Shown here piece after piece: positions 41,865 to 51,695 of a stretch of DNA of 64,000 nucleotides (its first letter is position 1; every line of letters starts with the position of its first letter). This DNA is from Deltaproteobacteria bacterium. GTDB taxonomy: Bacteria > Desulfobacterota > Desulfobulbia > Desulfobulbales > Desulfocapsaceae. A program made the translations under genes and the position numbers. The notes beneath the pieces were generated by a model, which saw only the letters and a list, made by a program, of their open reading frames with translations, searched no databases and was not told the DNA's origin. The stretch is taken from assembly GCA_024280265.1 (NCBI GenBank), contig JAJRQL010000056.1, forward strand, positions 803-64,802, read 5' to 3'.

Positions 41865-43340
41865 ATGAAAAACAGCACTCCCAAAATACCGCGAATTATG
41901 TCCACTCAACACCCTGACAATGTTCAGCATCCGTTTTTTGCTGAAAACCAGGATATGTCAGGAGATGATGAAATACAGGAAGCGTATTATGCCTATACTC
42001 ATCTTGGTTGTGACGAGCAGATGTGGGATTGTGAGGGCAAGGAGGTGGATTCATTTGTGGTGAGAAAACTTCTCACAAAGTATGAGCATTTTTTTAAAAA
42101 TACCAGGCTGGGGGAGGATGTTCGACTAACCCTGCGTGTTCCCAATCCAGACGTTGAAAAGAACGAGGCAAAGGTTCTGGTCGAAGCCCTTGAGTCCATT
42201 CCCCGTTCCTGTGATGCTGCCAATCTTTTTTACGGTAGCGACTCCCCCCCCATCTATGAAGTGATTCTGCCCATGACCATGTCGGCAGAAAGTTTAAATC
42301 GTGTCTACTACTACTATAAAGATTTTGTTGTTGGGAAACAAAAGACACCTTTTTATAAGGGTGATATTACAATTTCTGATTGGATAGGAGAATTTAAACC
42401 CAAAGAGATCAATGTGATTCCCTTATTTGAGGACAGGGAGCATATGCTTGAGGCTCACACCATTATGAGGCAATATCTTGAGGGCAAGGATATTGAACAT
42501 CAGCGGGTGTTTATTGCCAGGTCTGATCCAGCCATGAATTACGGTATGGTGAGCGCCATCCTGTGTAATAAAATCGCCTTGCAGCGGTTGAATAGGCTTT
42601 CTAATGAAATCGGGGTGAAAATATATCCGATTCTTGGTGCCGGATCTGCACCTTTCCGGGGGCATCTGGCACCAGGAACTGTTGATTGGGTGTTGAATGA
42701 ATACCCGGATGTTCAGACATTTACCATCCAATCCGCATTTAAGTATGATTATCCTGTTCCCGAAGTCCTTGCAGCAGTGAATAAGTTGAAAAATTTTAAA
42801 ATGTCTGCCAGGGAGGAAATTGATGAGGGACGATGTCTTGAGATAGTGGATAAAGTTTCTGTCGAATATCGGGAGGTTGTTGAAAAGCTTGCACCCCTGA
42901 TTAATCAGGTGGCGGCATTTGTCCCTAAAAGAAGAATGCGCAAACTTCACGTGGGATTATTCGGCTATGCCCGGAGTGTCGGGGAAACTGCACTGCCCAG
43001 GGTGATCAGCTTTTGCGCGGCTTGTTATTCCATTGGGTTGCCACCAGAGGTCCTTGGCCTGAAGTGTCTGTCAAGCTATGACCTGCGCTGTATGGAAGAT
43101 ATGCATGTCAACTTTCTCTTTGATATTCAGACGGCTATGTCATTCTACAATGAGGAAGTACTGGGTATTTTGCCCGATGAAGTAAAAAGTAAACTCAGGA
43201 TGGAGTGGGGTGCCTATGACGTCAATGAGGAACATCGTGAGATAACCTCAAGAATTATCAGGGCAATCAAAGATAAAGATCACTCGACTATACAGAAAGA
43301 TCTTGTTGAAGCAGCCCAGATCAGGAAATTTCTTGGGTAG
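41865..43340 (+). CDS. ppcA: archaeal-type phosphoenolpyruvate carboxylase
   Basis: 491 aa. The N-terminal IPRIMSTQHPDN signature and the overall length are typical of PEPcase type 2 (PpcA). Confidence 0.88.
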   Translation: MKNSTPKIPRIMSTQHPDNVQHPFFAENQDMSGDDEIQEAYYAYTHLGCDEQMWDCEGKEVDSFVVRKLLTKYEHFFKNTRLGEDVRLTLRVPNPDVEKNEAKVLVEALESIPRSCDAANLFYGSDSPPIYEVILPMTMSAESLNRVYYYYKDFVVGKQKTPFYKGDITISDWIGEFKPKEINVIPLFEDREHMLEAHTIMRQYLEGKDIEHQRVFIARSDPAMNYGMVSAILCNKIALQRLNRLSNEIGVKIYPILGAGSAPFRGHLAPGTVDWVLNEYPDVQTFTIQSAFKYDYPVPEVLAAVNKLKNFKMSAREEIDEGRCLEIVDKVSVEYREVVEKLAPLINQVAAFVPKRRMRKLHVGLFGYARSVGETALPRVISFCAACYSIGLPPEVLGLKCLSSYDLRCMEDMHVNFLFDIQTAMSFYNEEVLGILPDEVKSKLRMEWGAYDVNEEHREITSRIIRAIKDKDHSTIQKDLVEAAQIRKFLG

Positions 43341-43432
43341 TGCCAGTCTATCAATGGCCTTTTCCTCCTGATGCTTCGTAGCTTTAAAAATTTTTCGCCC
43401 AATTATTAACAACGTTGAAATAAGCTGGGTAC

Positions 43433-43520
43433 TTTGTTCTCGGAATATCAGCTATATGTCTGCGGCAAAATTTCTTCTACGCCTTGATGTATAAGAGAAA
43501 GTCGCATTTTTAGACGGACA
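43433..43520 (+). repeat. ~90-nt intergenic repeat, family 2, copy 1
   Basis: It aligns by eye with 48478-48565 in the same orientation, with shared blocks ctcggaatatca, tatatg and aaatttcttct. It lies ~95 nt after the ppcA stop. Confidence 0.6.
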
Positions 43521-43579
43521 CTGACTGGCTTTCGGGATGGAGGTCGCACGTGCAGCATATCTGGGGCATTATCTCCTTC

Positions 43580-44479
43580 CTATGCAAAAAGACTGTGTCT
43601 GGCTGCTGTTGATATGGCCACAACAGCCGGATGTGTTAATATTTTCTCGATGGAAATAGCGTAGAATCTATACATCATCTCCTCTGTTCGTCCAACCACA
43701 GAGACCTGATATTGACGTCGGATCTCATCTTCAATAACCGTTGGTGCCATGAAGATGCCATCACCGCGCTGGCCAAAAGCTTTCAGCAGTGCGGCATCGT
43801 CGAACTCTCCGATAATCACAGGAGTAATGTCCTGAGATTCAAGCCATAAATCCAGTTCTTCCCTCAGGGTTGTCGCCTGCATGGGCAGCAGTACGGGAGC
43901 TCCTTCCAGTGAGTGAGGGAATTCCTGCTGCAGGGGGGCGCTCAGCGTAGCTACTGCAAAAAATGTCACTCCACACTCTCCTAATGTGTGATTGTATGCC
44001 TTAACATTCAAGCCGGACCCCATGGGAGAATCACTGAGTACGATATCAATTTCATGGAGTGCAAGTTCTGCCAGCAGGGCTTCTTTTTTGTTTTCATGAC
44101 AGATGAGGCGGATCGGTTCGGGTAGCTTGAACACAGGATCTAAAAGATCACGTACTACCATCTTGGGAAGTGCGTCCACCACCCCGACCCGTAAAGGTAT
44201 TCGTCCTGATTTAGGGTGACCTCGAACCGTTTCCAGCAATTCTTTGCCGAGCGAAAAGATTTCATCGGCATACTGAAAGACCAGCTGACCCATCTCAGTG
44301 GGTTCAATATTGCGACCGACACGCTGCAAGAGCTTCACATCCAGAGCATCCTCAAGAACACTGATCTGTGAGCTTATGGTGGAGGGAACCAGGTTGAGTC
44401 GTTTGCCAGCCGCAGTAATGCCTCCCTCGCGGATAACTATCCAGAAGTAATATAGATGATGGTAATTAAGCCACTCCAT
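43580..44479 (-). CDS. LysR-family transcriptional regulator, NhaR-like
   Basis: 299 aa. The N-terminal wHTH LNYHHLYYFWIVIREGGITAAGKRLNLVPSTISSQISVLEDAL closely parallels the NhaR N-terminus (NYNHLYYFW.V...GS...AA..L.L.PQTI..QI..LE). Confidence 0.85.
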   Translation of the reverse strand: MEWLNYHHLYYFWIVIREGGITAAGKRLNLVPSTISSQISVLEDALDVKLLQRVGRNIEPTEMGQLVFQYADEIFSLGKELLETVRGHPKSGRIPLRVGVVDALPKMVVRDLLDPVFKLPEPIRLICHENKKEALLAELALHEIDIVLSDSPMGSGLNVKAYNHTLGECGVTFFAVATLSAPLQQEFPHSLEGAPVLLPMQATTLREELDLWLESQDITPVIIGEFDDAALLKAFGQRGDGIFMAPTVIEDEIRRQYQVSVVGRTEEMMYRFYAISIEKILTHPAVVAISTAARHSLFA

Positions 44480-44607
44480 GAAAGATCCTCATTGTTTTGT
44501 TTTGTCGAACACTTTCTGCTTATTTATCAACTTGTCGAAACTGTTCTTTGTGATTACTCTTTTTGCAGGTAGTTAGAAACCATAATGTTAACCAAGGAGT
44601 AAGAATT

Positions 44608-44844
44608 ATGAAATTAACCATCAGGATGGGCCTGGTACTCTTGAGTATGCTGTTTTTTGCAGGGCTGACAGGTTGTGATCAGGCGGACAAAGCAATTGAC
44701 GATGCTGCAGAGACAGCAAAACAGGCTGTGGATACTGCAAAAGAGAAGGCAGCCGAGGTGTTGGGTACATCTGAAGCAAAGGATGCAGAAGAGAAACCTG
44801 ACGAGGAGTCCACCGAAAAAGAAGAGTCTGAGGAGAAAGAGTAA
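44608..44844 (+). CDS. small acidic lipoprotein
   Basis: The start is taken at the ATG after aaggag (MKLTIRMGLVLLSMLFFAGLTGC lipobox). The C-terminal tail is Glu/Lys-rich. Confidence 0.6.
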   Translation: MKLTIRMGLVLLSMLFFAGLTGCDQADKAIDDAAETAKQAVDTAKEKAAEVLGTSEAKDAEEKPDEESTEKEESEEKE

Positions 44845-44959
44845 CTCTCAAGAAGTAAAATCATAGATTTGAGCGTCAGCCACCGTTTGTCTCCCTATCT
44901 CTCTTGTTTGTATTTCTTCTGGCTGGCGCTCATTTTTCATAATGCCAGGAAGAAACCAT

Positions 44960-45346
44960 ATGAAAATCAGCATAAAGGCTCATCGCCTGAAGATTGATAA
45001 ACAAAAAAATGCCGCCATGGAGAGACGACTCCGCTTTGCCCTCGGCCGGTTTGGCGCTTCAGTCAAGGAAGTCAGGGTACGTTTGACGGATCTTAACGGA
45101 CCAAAGGGAGGTGTTGACAAAGAGTGTCTTATTATAGTTAGACTACAGAAAGGCGGTGAGGTTATTGTCCAGGGTAGTGGAAAAGATTGTACAGCAACGC
45201 TGAATTACTGTGCTGACAGGATCAGTCGTGCCGTTGAGCGTGACTTGAGCAGGAACCGGACAGCGTCAATTCGCAGGATGCGCCGCAAGCAGAGTGCAGA
45301 ACAGGAAGCTGTCCTTAACGGAGAATTGAATGATAAATCTCCATAA
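44960..45346 (+). CDS. short HPF/RaiA-family (S30AE) ribosome-associated protein
   Basis: MKISIKAH... and the block VRVRLTDLNGPKGGVDKECLIIV match the short HPF-like family (..V.L.D.NGP.GG.DK.C.I.V). The start is chosen at the internal ATG after aggaag. Confidence 0.65.
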   Translation: MKISIKAHRLKIDKQKNAAMERRLRFALGRFGASVKEVRVRLTDLNGPKGGVDKECLIIVRLQKGGEVIVQGSGKDCTATLNYCADRISRAVERDLSRNRTASIRRMRRKQSAEQEAVLNGELNDKSP

Positions 45347-45368
45347 AATAAGAGAAGAGGAGGATGTC

Positions 45369-45650
45369 ATGGGACGTGAGACTGTATTATTTAAAAGCGA
45401 AGAGAAAAAAAGTAGTGTGGAGGGCGTGGCTGTTTTACGTAGTATTGCCGACAAGATTGAGAAGGGAAAAAGCATGACCTTGCGGCAGGGTAAGGACAAG
45501 GTGGTTCTCGATTTCCCGCAGAACATGACACTTGAGATCAAGGTCGAAGACGAAGAAAAAAAACGCAAGGGTACAAAGCGCTCACTTGAAATCGAACTTG
45601 AGTGGTATCCTGGTTCGGATGGTAAGCATGGTGGCGTAACCATAGAATAA
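45369..45650 (+). CDS. amphi-Trp domain protein
   Basis: The ~93-aa sequence MGRETVLFKSEE...AVLRSIADKIEKG...LEIKVEDEEKK....SLEIELEW has the characteristic alternating charged pattern and the ELEW motif. The RBS is gaggagg. Confidence 0.7.
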   Translation: MGRETVLFKSEEKKSSVEGVAVLRSIADKIEKGKSMTLRQGKDKVVLDFPQNMTLEIKVEDEEKKRKGTKRSLEIELEWYPGSDGKHGGVTIE

Positions 45651-45693
45651 AAGTGTATTGATCAGCCCCCACCATAGCAGGAGTCGTCCCACC

Positions 45694-48405
45694 ATGGAAA
45701 ACATACCACAAGAAGACAGAGAGTGGCATCATTTATCAGCGGATGCAATCTGTGACCTACTCTCAAGTGACCCGAAAAATGGACTGACTCCGGAAGAAGC
45801 TGAACAGCGTCTCCGTCGCTTCGGTGCCAACACACTCACTGCAAAAAAGAGTATGAATGCATGGCTGCGGTTTCTTTTGCAGTTTAATCAGCCGCTGATT
45901 TATATCCTGATTGCGGCAGGTGTAATTACAGCGGCATTGCAGGAATGGGTCGATTCTGGGGTTATCTTCGGAGTGGTGCTGGTTAATGCAATCATTGGCT
46001 ATATCCAGGAATCCAAAGCGGAAAGCGCCCTTGCCGCACTTGCTGATACCATGGTGGCTGGGGCCACGGTTTTGCGTAATGGCGAAAAAAAACGCATCCC
46101 GTCAGCGGAACTTGTTCCAGGTGACATTGTCCTGCTTCAGGCCGGGGATAAGGTGCCTGCAGATTTACGACTCCTGAATTTTCGTGATCTGCAGGTGGAT
46201 GAATCCGCCTTAACCGGAGAATCAGTGTCGGTTGAAAAATCGGTTGCGGCGCTCGAACAGGGTACAGTCCTTGCTGAACGAAGAAACATGGTTTATGCCT
46301 CCTCCATGGTTACCTATGGACAGGGAAGCGGTATTGTAACTGCAATCGGTGATCGTACTGAAATGGGTCGGATCTCCGAGCTTATCTCTTCGGCACAGGA
46401 TCTGGCTACACCGCTTACCCGTAAGATTGCCCATTTCAGTCATATCCTGCTCTATGCCATCTTGGTGCTCGCTGCAGCTACTGTCGTTGTGGGAATGTTG
46501 CGGGGACAGCCGCTTTTTGACATGTTTATGGCCGCTGTTGCGCTTGCTGTGGGTGCAATTCCTGAAGGATTACCGGCAGCAGTGACTATCACCCTTGCCA
46601 TCGGTGTTTCCCGAATGGCAAAACGCAGGGCCATTATCCGCAAACTTCCTGCCGTGGAGACCCTTGGCAGCACCACGGTGATCTGTTCGGACAAGACCGG
46701 CACACTCACGGAAAACCAGATGACTGTGCAGGCCATCATGGCAGGAGACGTGCATTACGAAGTGAGTGGAGCAGGTTATGCTCCCCTTGGCCGGATTGTC
46801 AGGCTGGATGATGGTGATAATGCAGACAATACAGCGCTCAGTGAATGTTTGCGGGCAGGTGTTTTGTGCAACGACAGTTTGCTGTTGGAAAAAGAAGGTA
46901 CCTGGTATGTGCAGGGAGATCCCACCGAGGGGGCACTGCTTGCCTCTGCTGCCAAAGGTGGTTTTAACAGGAAGGAGGTGGAGACACAACGTCCCCGTAT
47001 TGATTCAATTCCATTTGAGTCACAGCATCAATACATGGCTACCCTTCATGACAGGGGGGCCTCCACACCACGCATGGTTTATGTGAAGGGTGCAGTGGAG
47101 CAGATACTTGCCAAGTGCACGTCGGCAATGGATATAGACGGGAATACGGTTCCCCTGGATAGTGGCAAAATCAATCATGATGTCTCCCGCATGGCGGCAA
47201 GGGGTCTGCGGGTATTGGCTTTTGCGCGTGTAAAAGTACCGGCAGACACCAAAACATTATATCACGAAGATGTGGATACCGGGCTGACGTTTCTCGGTTT
47301 ACAGGGGATGATTGATCCGCCGAGGGCCGAGGCTGTGGCAGCAGTAAGAATCTGCAAGATAGCCGGGATTGACATTAAAATGATCACCGGAGATCATCCG
47401 GTAACTGCTGCTGCCATTGCCGGGCAGATAGGGATAACTTCGGCCGTAATCGATGATCCGGAAAAACCTGAAGTGTTTACCGGGCGGATGCTTGAAAAAC
47501 TCTCTGACGATGAATTGAAAACTGTTACCGAAAAGATAAATGTCTTTGCAAGGGCCACTCCGGAGCAGAAAATCCGATTGGTACGAGCCCTTCAGGCCAA
47601 TGGGCATGTGGTGGCTATGACCGGTGACGGGGTAAATGATGCCCCGGCTCTGAAACAGGCTAACATTGGTGTGGCCATGGGTATCACCGGCACAGATGTC
47701 TCCAAGGAAGCAGCTGATATGGTGCTCACCGATGACAACTTCAGCTCCATTGAGGCTGCGGTGGAGGAAGGGCGTGGGGTGTTCGATAACCTTACCAAGT
47801 TTATTGTCTGGACTCTACCCACAAATCTCGGGGAGGGCCTGGTTATCCTGACAGCAATTTTTCTTGGTATCACTCTGCCCATATTACCGGTGCAGATCCT
47901 CTGGATCAACATGACAACAGCAGGTTTTCTGGGGTTGATGCTGGCCTTTGAGCCCAAGGAGCCTGGAATTATGCAGCGACAGCCGCGTAACCCAGACATG
48001 CCTATTCTTACCGGAGACTTGATTGCCAGGATTTTTCTAGTTGGTACTCTGCTGCTTTTTGGTGCTTTTGGTCTTTTTCAGTGGGAACTGGCCAGGGGAG
48101 CATCCATTGAGGAGGCGCGAACTGTTGCAGTGAATACCTTTGTTATCATGGAACTTTTCTATCTGTTTAACTGCCGCTCTTTGACAAAATCAATCTTTCA
48201 TCTGGGGTTTTTTACCAACATGTGGGTTTTCGGCGGAGTTGCCATCATGATTTTTATACAGCTGGGATATACGTATCTGCCACTTATGAACCGCTTATTC
48301 CAAAGTGCAGCAATTGACGCCGCTTCCTGGGTGAGGATTGTGTCGGCTGGACTGGTGACCTTTGTGGTTGTTGAAGTGGAAAAAAGGATACGAAGCAGTC
48401 GTTAA
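45694..48405 (+). CDS. P-type cation-transporting ATPase (type II, Ca2+/cation-pump-like)
   Basis: It has [18 protein letters not shown] (TM4), [19 protein letters not shown] and [13 protein letters not shown], with a 10-TM layout. The start is taken at [14 protein letters not shown]. Confidence 0.9.
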   Translation: MENIPQEDREWHHLSADAICDLLSSDPKNGLTPEEAEQRLRRFGANTLTAKKSMNAWLRFLLQFNQPLIYILIAAGVITAALQEWVDSGVIFGVVLVNAIIGYIQESKAESALAALADTMVAGATVLRNGEKKRIPSAELVPGDIVLLQAGDKVPADLRLLNFRDLQVDESALTGESVSVEKSVAALEQGTVLAERRNMVYASSMVTYGQGSGIVTAIGDRTEMGRISELISSAQDLATPLTRKIAHFSHILLYAILVLAAATVVVGMLRGQPLFDMFMAAVALAVGAIPEGLPAAVTITLAIGVSRMAKRRAIIRKLPAVETLGSTTVICSDKTGTLTENQMTVQAIMAGDVHYEVSGAGYAPLGRIVRLDDGDNADNTALSECLRAGVLCNDSLLLEKEGTWYVQGDPTEGALLASAAKGGFNRKEVETQRPRIDSIPFESQHQYMATLHDRGASTPRMVYVKGAVEQILAKCTSAMDIDGNTVPLDSGKINHDVSRMAARGLRVLAFARVKVPADTKTLYHEDVDTGLTFLGLQGMIDPPRAEAVAAVRICKIAGIDIKMITGDHPVTAAAIAGQIGITSAVIDDPEKPEVFTGRMLEKLSDDELKTVTEKINVFARATPEQKIRLVRALQANGHVVAMTGDGVNDAPALKQANIGVAMGITGTDVSKEAADMVLTDDNFSSIEAAVEEGRGVFDNLTKFIVWTLPTNLGEGLVILTAIFLGITLPILPVQILWINMTTAGFLGLMLAFEPKEPGIMQRQPRNPDMPILTGDLIARIFLVGTLLLFGAFGLFQWELARGASIEEARTVAVNTFVIMELFYLFNCRSLTKSIFHLGFFTNMWVFGGVAIMIFIQLGYTYLPLMNRLFQSAAIDAASWVRIVSAGLVTFVVVEVEKRIRSSR

Positions 48406-48477
48406 AAGCAATCGCCATGAGTTGCAGGCAACCTTGCAAAATTGTCTTTTCGATCGATCTCTACGGTATGTGCAAAA

Positions 48478-48565
48478 TGTTATCCTCGGAATATCACGTA
48501 TATGACTGCGGGAAATTTCTTCTGCGACTCAATTTAGAATAAGAAATCTCATTTCTGGATGGACC
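48478..48565 (+). repeat. ~90-nt intergenic repeat, family 2, copy 2
   Basis: This is the counterpart of 43433-43520. It lies ~75 nt after the ATPase stop. Confidence 0.6.
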
Positions 48566-49027
48566 CTAACTCCTGAAAAATATTGAAACTTGCCGGTAAG
48601 GAGGATATTTGGCTTCACAGCCATACGTCGCTGCTTATTAGCAGCGTCCTTCCCTGGTGTGCTGATAAAACAGAGTTGGTGTTTTTTACAAGATCATGGC
48701 AGTAGAGGATATGTTTTCGCTGGAATGCCAGTGGAACTGGCAAACTTTCCTGCCGCGTAGAAAATGAAAAACCCTGTACAGTGCATGTCTGGAACGGGAT
48801 ATCTCCCGATATAACATTTCTGATACTTGATGAATTCGGCTGTATTTTTTTCTGATGATTAAAAAGAGAGTGCACCGGATAAATTGTTCTGTGCTGGCGG
48901 TTACCCCGGATGGCTTTATCAGTCCGACCCAGTCCGGTGCCGCTTAATTAGGAGCCCCTCGGTTTCAGTAATGGGAATGTGGGGAGATTAAAAAAAAACG
49001 AGAGGTCGTTACACACAGGCTTTTACG

Positions 49028-49852
49028 ATGAACACTATGCAAACAGCAAAAGTACAAAAAAAATTCAACAAACTGCGCAGTAATAAAGTCTTTGAGATTC
49101 TTGTCATTGGAATTATTATTTTCTCGGCACTGGTTATTGGAGCAAAAACCTATAACATTCCTCCTGGCATCCTCCAACTGGTTTACCTGCTGGACTGGGT
49201 TATTACCTTCTTCTTCCTGACAGAAATCACTATTCGTTTTCTTGGTGAGAGGAATAAAATAGATTTCTTTAAAAATGGCTGGAACATCTTTGATACTATA
49301 ATTGTTGCAATCAGCCTTCTTCCAATGCAGGATAGTGAGCTTGCTGTAATCGGGCGACTGATTCGGATTTTTCGCGTTCTGCGGATGGTTTCCATCATTC
49401 CAGAGATGCGTCTGCTGCTAAATTCACTGCTCGTGGCCCTGCCCCAACTTGGTTATATCGTGGGTCTGATGTTTATTATTTTTTACATTTATGCTGCTGT
49501 TGGAAGCACCTTTTTTGCTGTTATTAACCCGGAATTGTGGGGAGATATATCCATTTCGCTGTTAACCTTGTTCCGAGTTATGACTTTTGAAGACTGGACT
49601 GATGTCATGTATGAGACCATGGATGTCTATCCTTTGTCCTGGCTCTACTATCTGAGTTTCATTTTTTTCACAGCCTTTGCTTTTTTAAACATGGTCATCG
49701 GGGTTGTCGTGAACGTGCTTAACGAGGAAAGCGATAAGATCAGAAAAGAGGAAGGGCAGGATTCGCAACAGGTCAGTATTGAAGATCTTGATAAAAAAAT
49801 TGAGGAACTTAAGGGTTTGATTTTGCAGAGGGTGGATCCAGCAAAGAGATAA
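49028..49852 (+). CDS. bacterial 6-TM voltage-gated cation channel (BacNav/NaChBac family) with an acidic TFEDWTD selectivity filter
   Basis: 274 aa. It has an S4 with an Arg at every third position (GRLIRIFRVLRMV), a pore loop LLTLFRVMTFEDWTDVMY (filter at nt 49583-49603) and a C-terminal coiled coil. Confidence 0.85.
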   Translation: MNTMQTAKVQKKFNKLRSNKVFEILVIGIIIFSALVIGAKTYNIPPGILQLVYLLDWVITFFFLTEITIRFLGERNKIDFFKNGWNIFDTIIVAISLLPMQDSELAVIGRLIRIFRVLRMVSIIPEMRLLLNSLLVALPQLGYIVGLMFIIFYIYAAVGSTFFAVINPELWGDISISLLTLFRVMTFEDWTDVMYETMDVYPLSWLYYLSFIFFTAFAFLNMVIGVVVNVLNEESDKIRKEEGQDSQQVSIEDLDKKIEELKGLILQRVDPAKR

Positions 49853-49928
49853 AGGATGGCCAGGTTCTCTGTTCAGTGCCTTTTTGGGGGCTAATCGGGG
49901 TTGAAAATAATGACAGTATTTGAACAAT

Positions 49929-50948
49929 ATGATAAAAAGCATTAAAAAAAGTATCCTTTTTCTGAGGCAGGAAAACGTCTTTCAGTTGCTCTTTGTGATC
50001 CTGGTAATAGTTTTGAGCAGTGCTGTTCTCATCTCCCGGATGGAACCTGATCTCTCTTTTGTCAGCGCCATCTGGTGGTCCATTGTCACACTTACCACAG
50101 TGGGTTATGGTGACATCTCACCTGTTACACCGGGTGGACGTGTTGTCGCAGTGGTCATCATGTTTTTTGGTATTGGGGTGTTGGGTATGTTCAGTGCCAG
50201 TCTGGCTGCTCTATTAATCAGTAAAAAAATGAAGGAAAATCGTGGTATGTGTAAAACAGACTTGAGGGATCATATTATCCTCTGCGAATGGAACCATCGA
50301 ACCCGCGCTATCCTGAGAGAATTACGGGCAGATAGTAAGACCCGCGATTCTGCTATTGTTCTGATAGCTGATATTGCTGAAAAACCGGTGGATGACCCAC
50401 TGCTTTTTTTTGTGAAAGGACAGGCCGGTGAAGAAACGCTGGAGCAGGCCAATCTGGCTCAGGCTCGCACTGTGGTAGTGCTGGGGGATGATACCCTTGA
50501 GGCCACGTCCCGCGATGCCAAGGTGGTGTTGACCACTCTCACGATTGAGAGCATGGCAGAGAATGTTTATTCTGTGGTTGAGTTGGTGGATAAGGCCAAT
50601 GAACAGCATTGCAGAAGGGCTTGTGCCGATGAAATCATAATCGGCAGTGAGCTTTCCAGCCATCTGCTGGCCACGGCTGCCCTCGATCATGGTATCAGTA
50701 ACATTGTTTCGGAGCTGCTGAGTTCTCAACATGGTAATGAGTTCTACGCCGTACCAGTGCCTGAAAAGCTGGTGGGTAAATCATTTCTTGATGTATTGAT
50801 TTTCATGAAGCAGGAACATAAGGCAACGGTGCTTGGTATTCAGAAAGGGCGGGGCGGTGAGCTTATGACAAATCCGAATGTAGACTACACGGTAAGCGGG
50901 CAGGATCACCTTGTTCTTATTGCCATGGAACGTCCTGGGATAATATGA
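49929..50948 (+). CDS. 2-TM K+ channel with cytoplasmic RCK (TrkA-N-like) domain, MthK-like architecture
   Basis: It has the TVGYGD filter. The RCK domain starts HIILCEWNHRTRAILRELR, so there is no GxGxxG. The ORF track begins at a TTG at 49920, and I prefer the ATG at 49929. Confidence 0.85.
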   Translation: MIKSIKKSILFLRQENVFQLLFVILVIVLSSAVLISRMEPDLSFVSAIWWSIVTLTTVGYGDISPVTPGGRVVAVVIMFFGIGVLGMFSASLAALLISKKMKENRGMCKTDLRDHIILCEWNHRTRAILRELRADSKTRDSAIVLIADIAEKPVDDPLLFFVKGQAGEETLEQANLAQARTVVVLGDDTLEATSRDAKVVLTTLTIESMAENVYSVVELVDKANEQHCRRACADEIIIGSELSSHLLATAALDHGISNIVSELLSSQHGNEFYAVPVPEKLVGKSFLDVLIFMKQEHKATVLGIQKGRGGELMTNPNVDYTVSGQDHLVLIAMERPGII

Positions 50949-51232
50949 TATGTTGTCCTTGGCACCAGGGGGTATTTTCCACAAACCTTTTACAGGTTAT
51001 GGTGATAAAATGATAACCTCACTCTGGTTCTGTTTAAAAAAACAGTGCCCGCATGGGCGCCCTTCAATAGAACAGTAACCATCCAGGGGAGGGACTAAGA
51101 TGATTAAATCCATAAACCGAACCTGGTTTGATTTGTATGTGCTTATTTGGGGATAAACAGCGAATGATACGTTTACGGTACGGACAGGACGGTGGAAATG
51201 TTACCTTAGGGGTTATAATAAGGACATAGAAG

Positions 51233-51610
51233 ATGGGAAAAAAAAAGGGGCAAATTGAGGCTGAGATCAGCGAAGCCATCATCAAATTTGAAAAAGAATA
51301 TATGGGGCGCGGTCCATTGGAAACCAAGACCTTCATTATAAATGATATGGTGCTGGTGCGTCTGAAAGGTGTTCTTACTCAGGCTGAGCATCAACTTGTC
51401 AATACAGGTGAAGAGAACAAGGGTCGGGATCTGATTAAGCAGGTTCGTATTGCCCTGCTGGAAAAAGGTCGTCCACTCCTGGAGGCGGTTGTTGAATCAA
51501 TTACAGGGTGTAAGGTTAAAAGTCTTCACACCGATATTAGTACGGTTACTGGTGAAAGGGTTATTTTGTTCACTCTGGACACCTCTCTTTCTTTTAAAGA
51601 ACTGGAGTAA
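51233..51610 (+). CDS. DUF2294 (MpsC-like) protein
   Basis: 125 aa. KGQIEAEISEAIIKFEKEYMGRGP...T.II.DMVLVRLKGVLT.AE..L matches the DUF2294 pattern. Confidence 0.75.
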   Translation: MGKKKGQIEAEISEAIIKFEKEYMGRGPLETKTFIINDMVLVRLKGVLTQAEHQLVNTGEENKGRDLIKQVRIALLEKGRPLLEAVVESITGCKVKSLHTDISTVTGERVILFTLDTSLSFKELE

Positions 51611-51695
51611 CTGTTTAGTGTGGCAGACCGTGTTTCCTGACATCTTATGTTGCCTGACCCTCAGGTCCGCTGAGTTCAAGTTATAGGGGTTATCT

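Noticed and set aside
48615-48875. 86-aa minus-strand ORF in the ATPase/channel intergenic region
   Set aside because: It has no RBS, no recognisable motif and unusual composition, and it is oriented against both neighbours.
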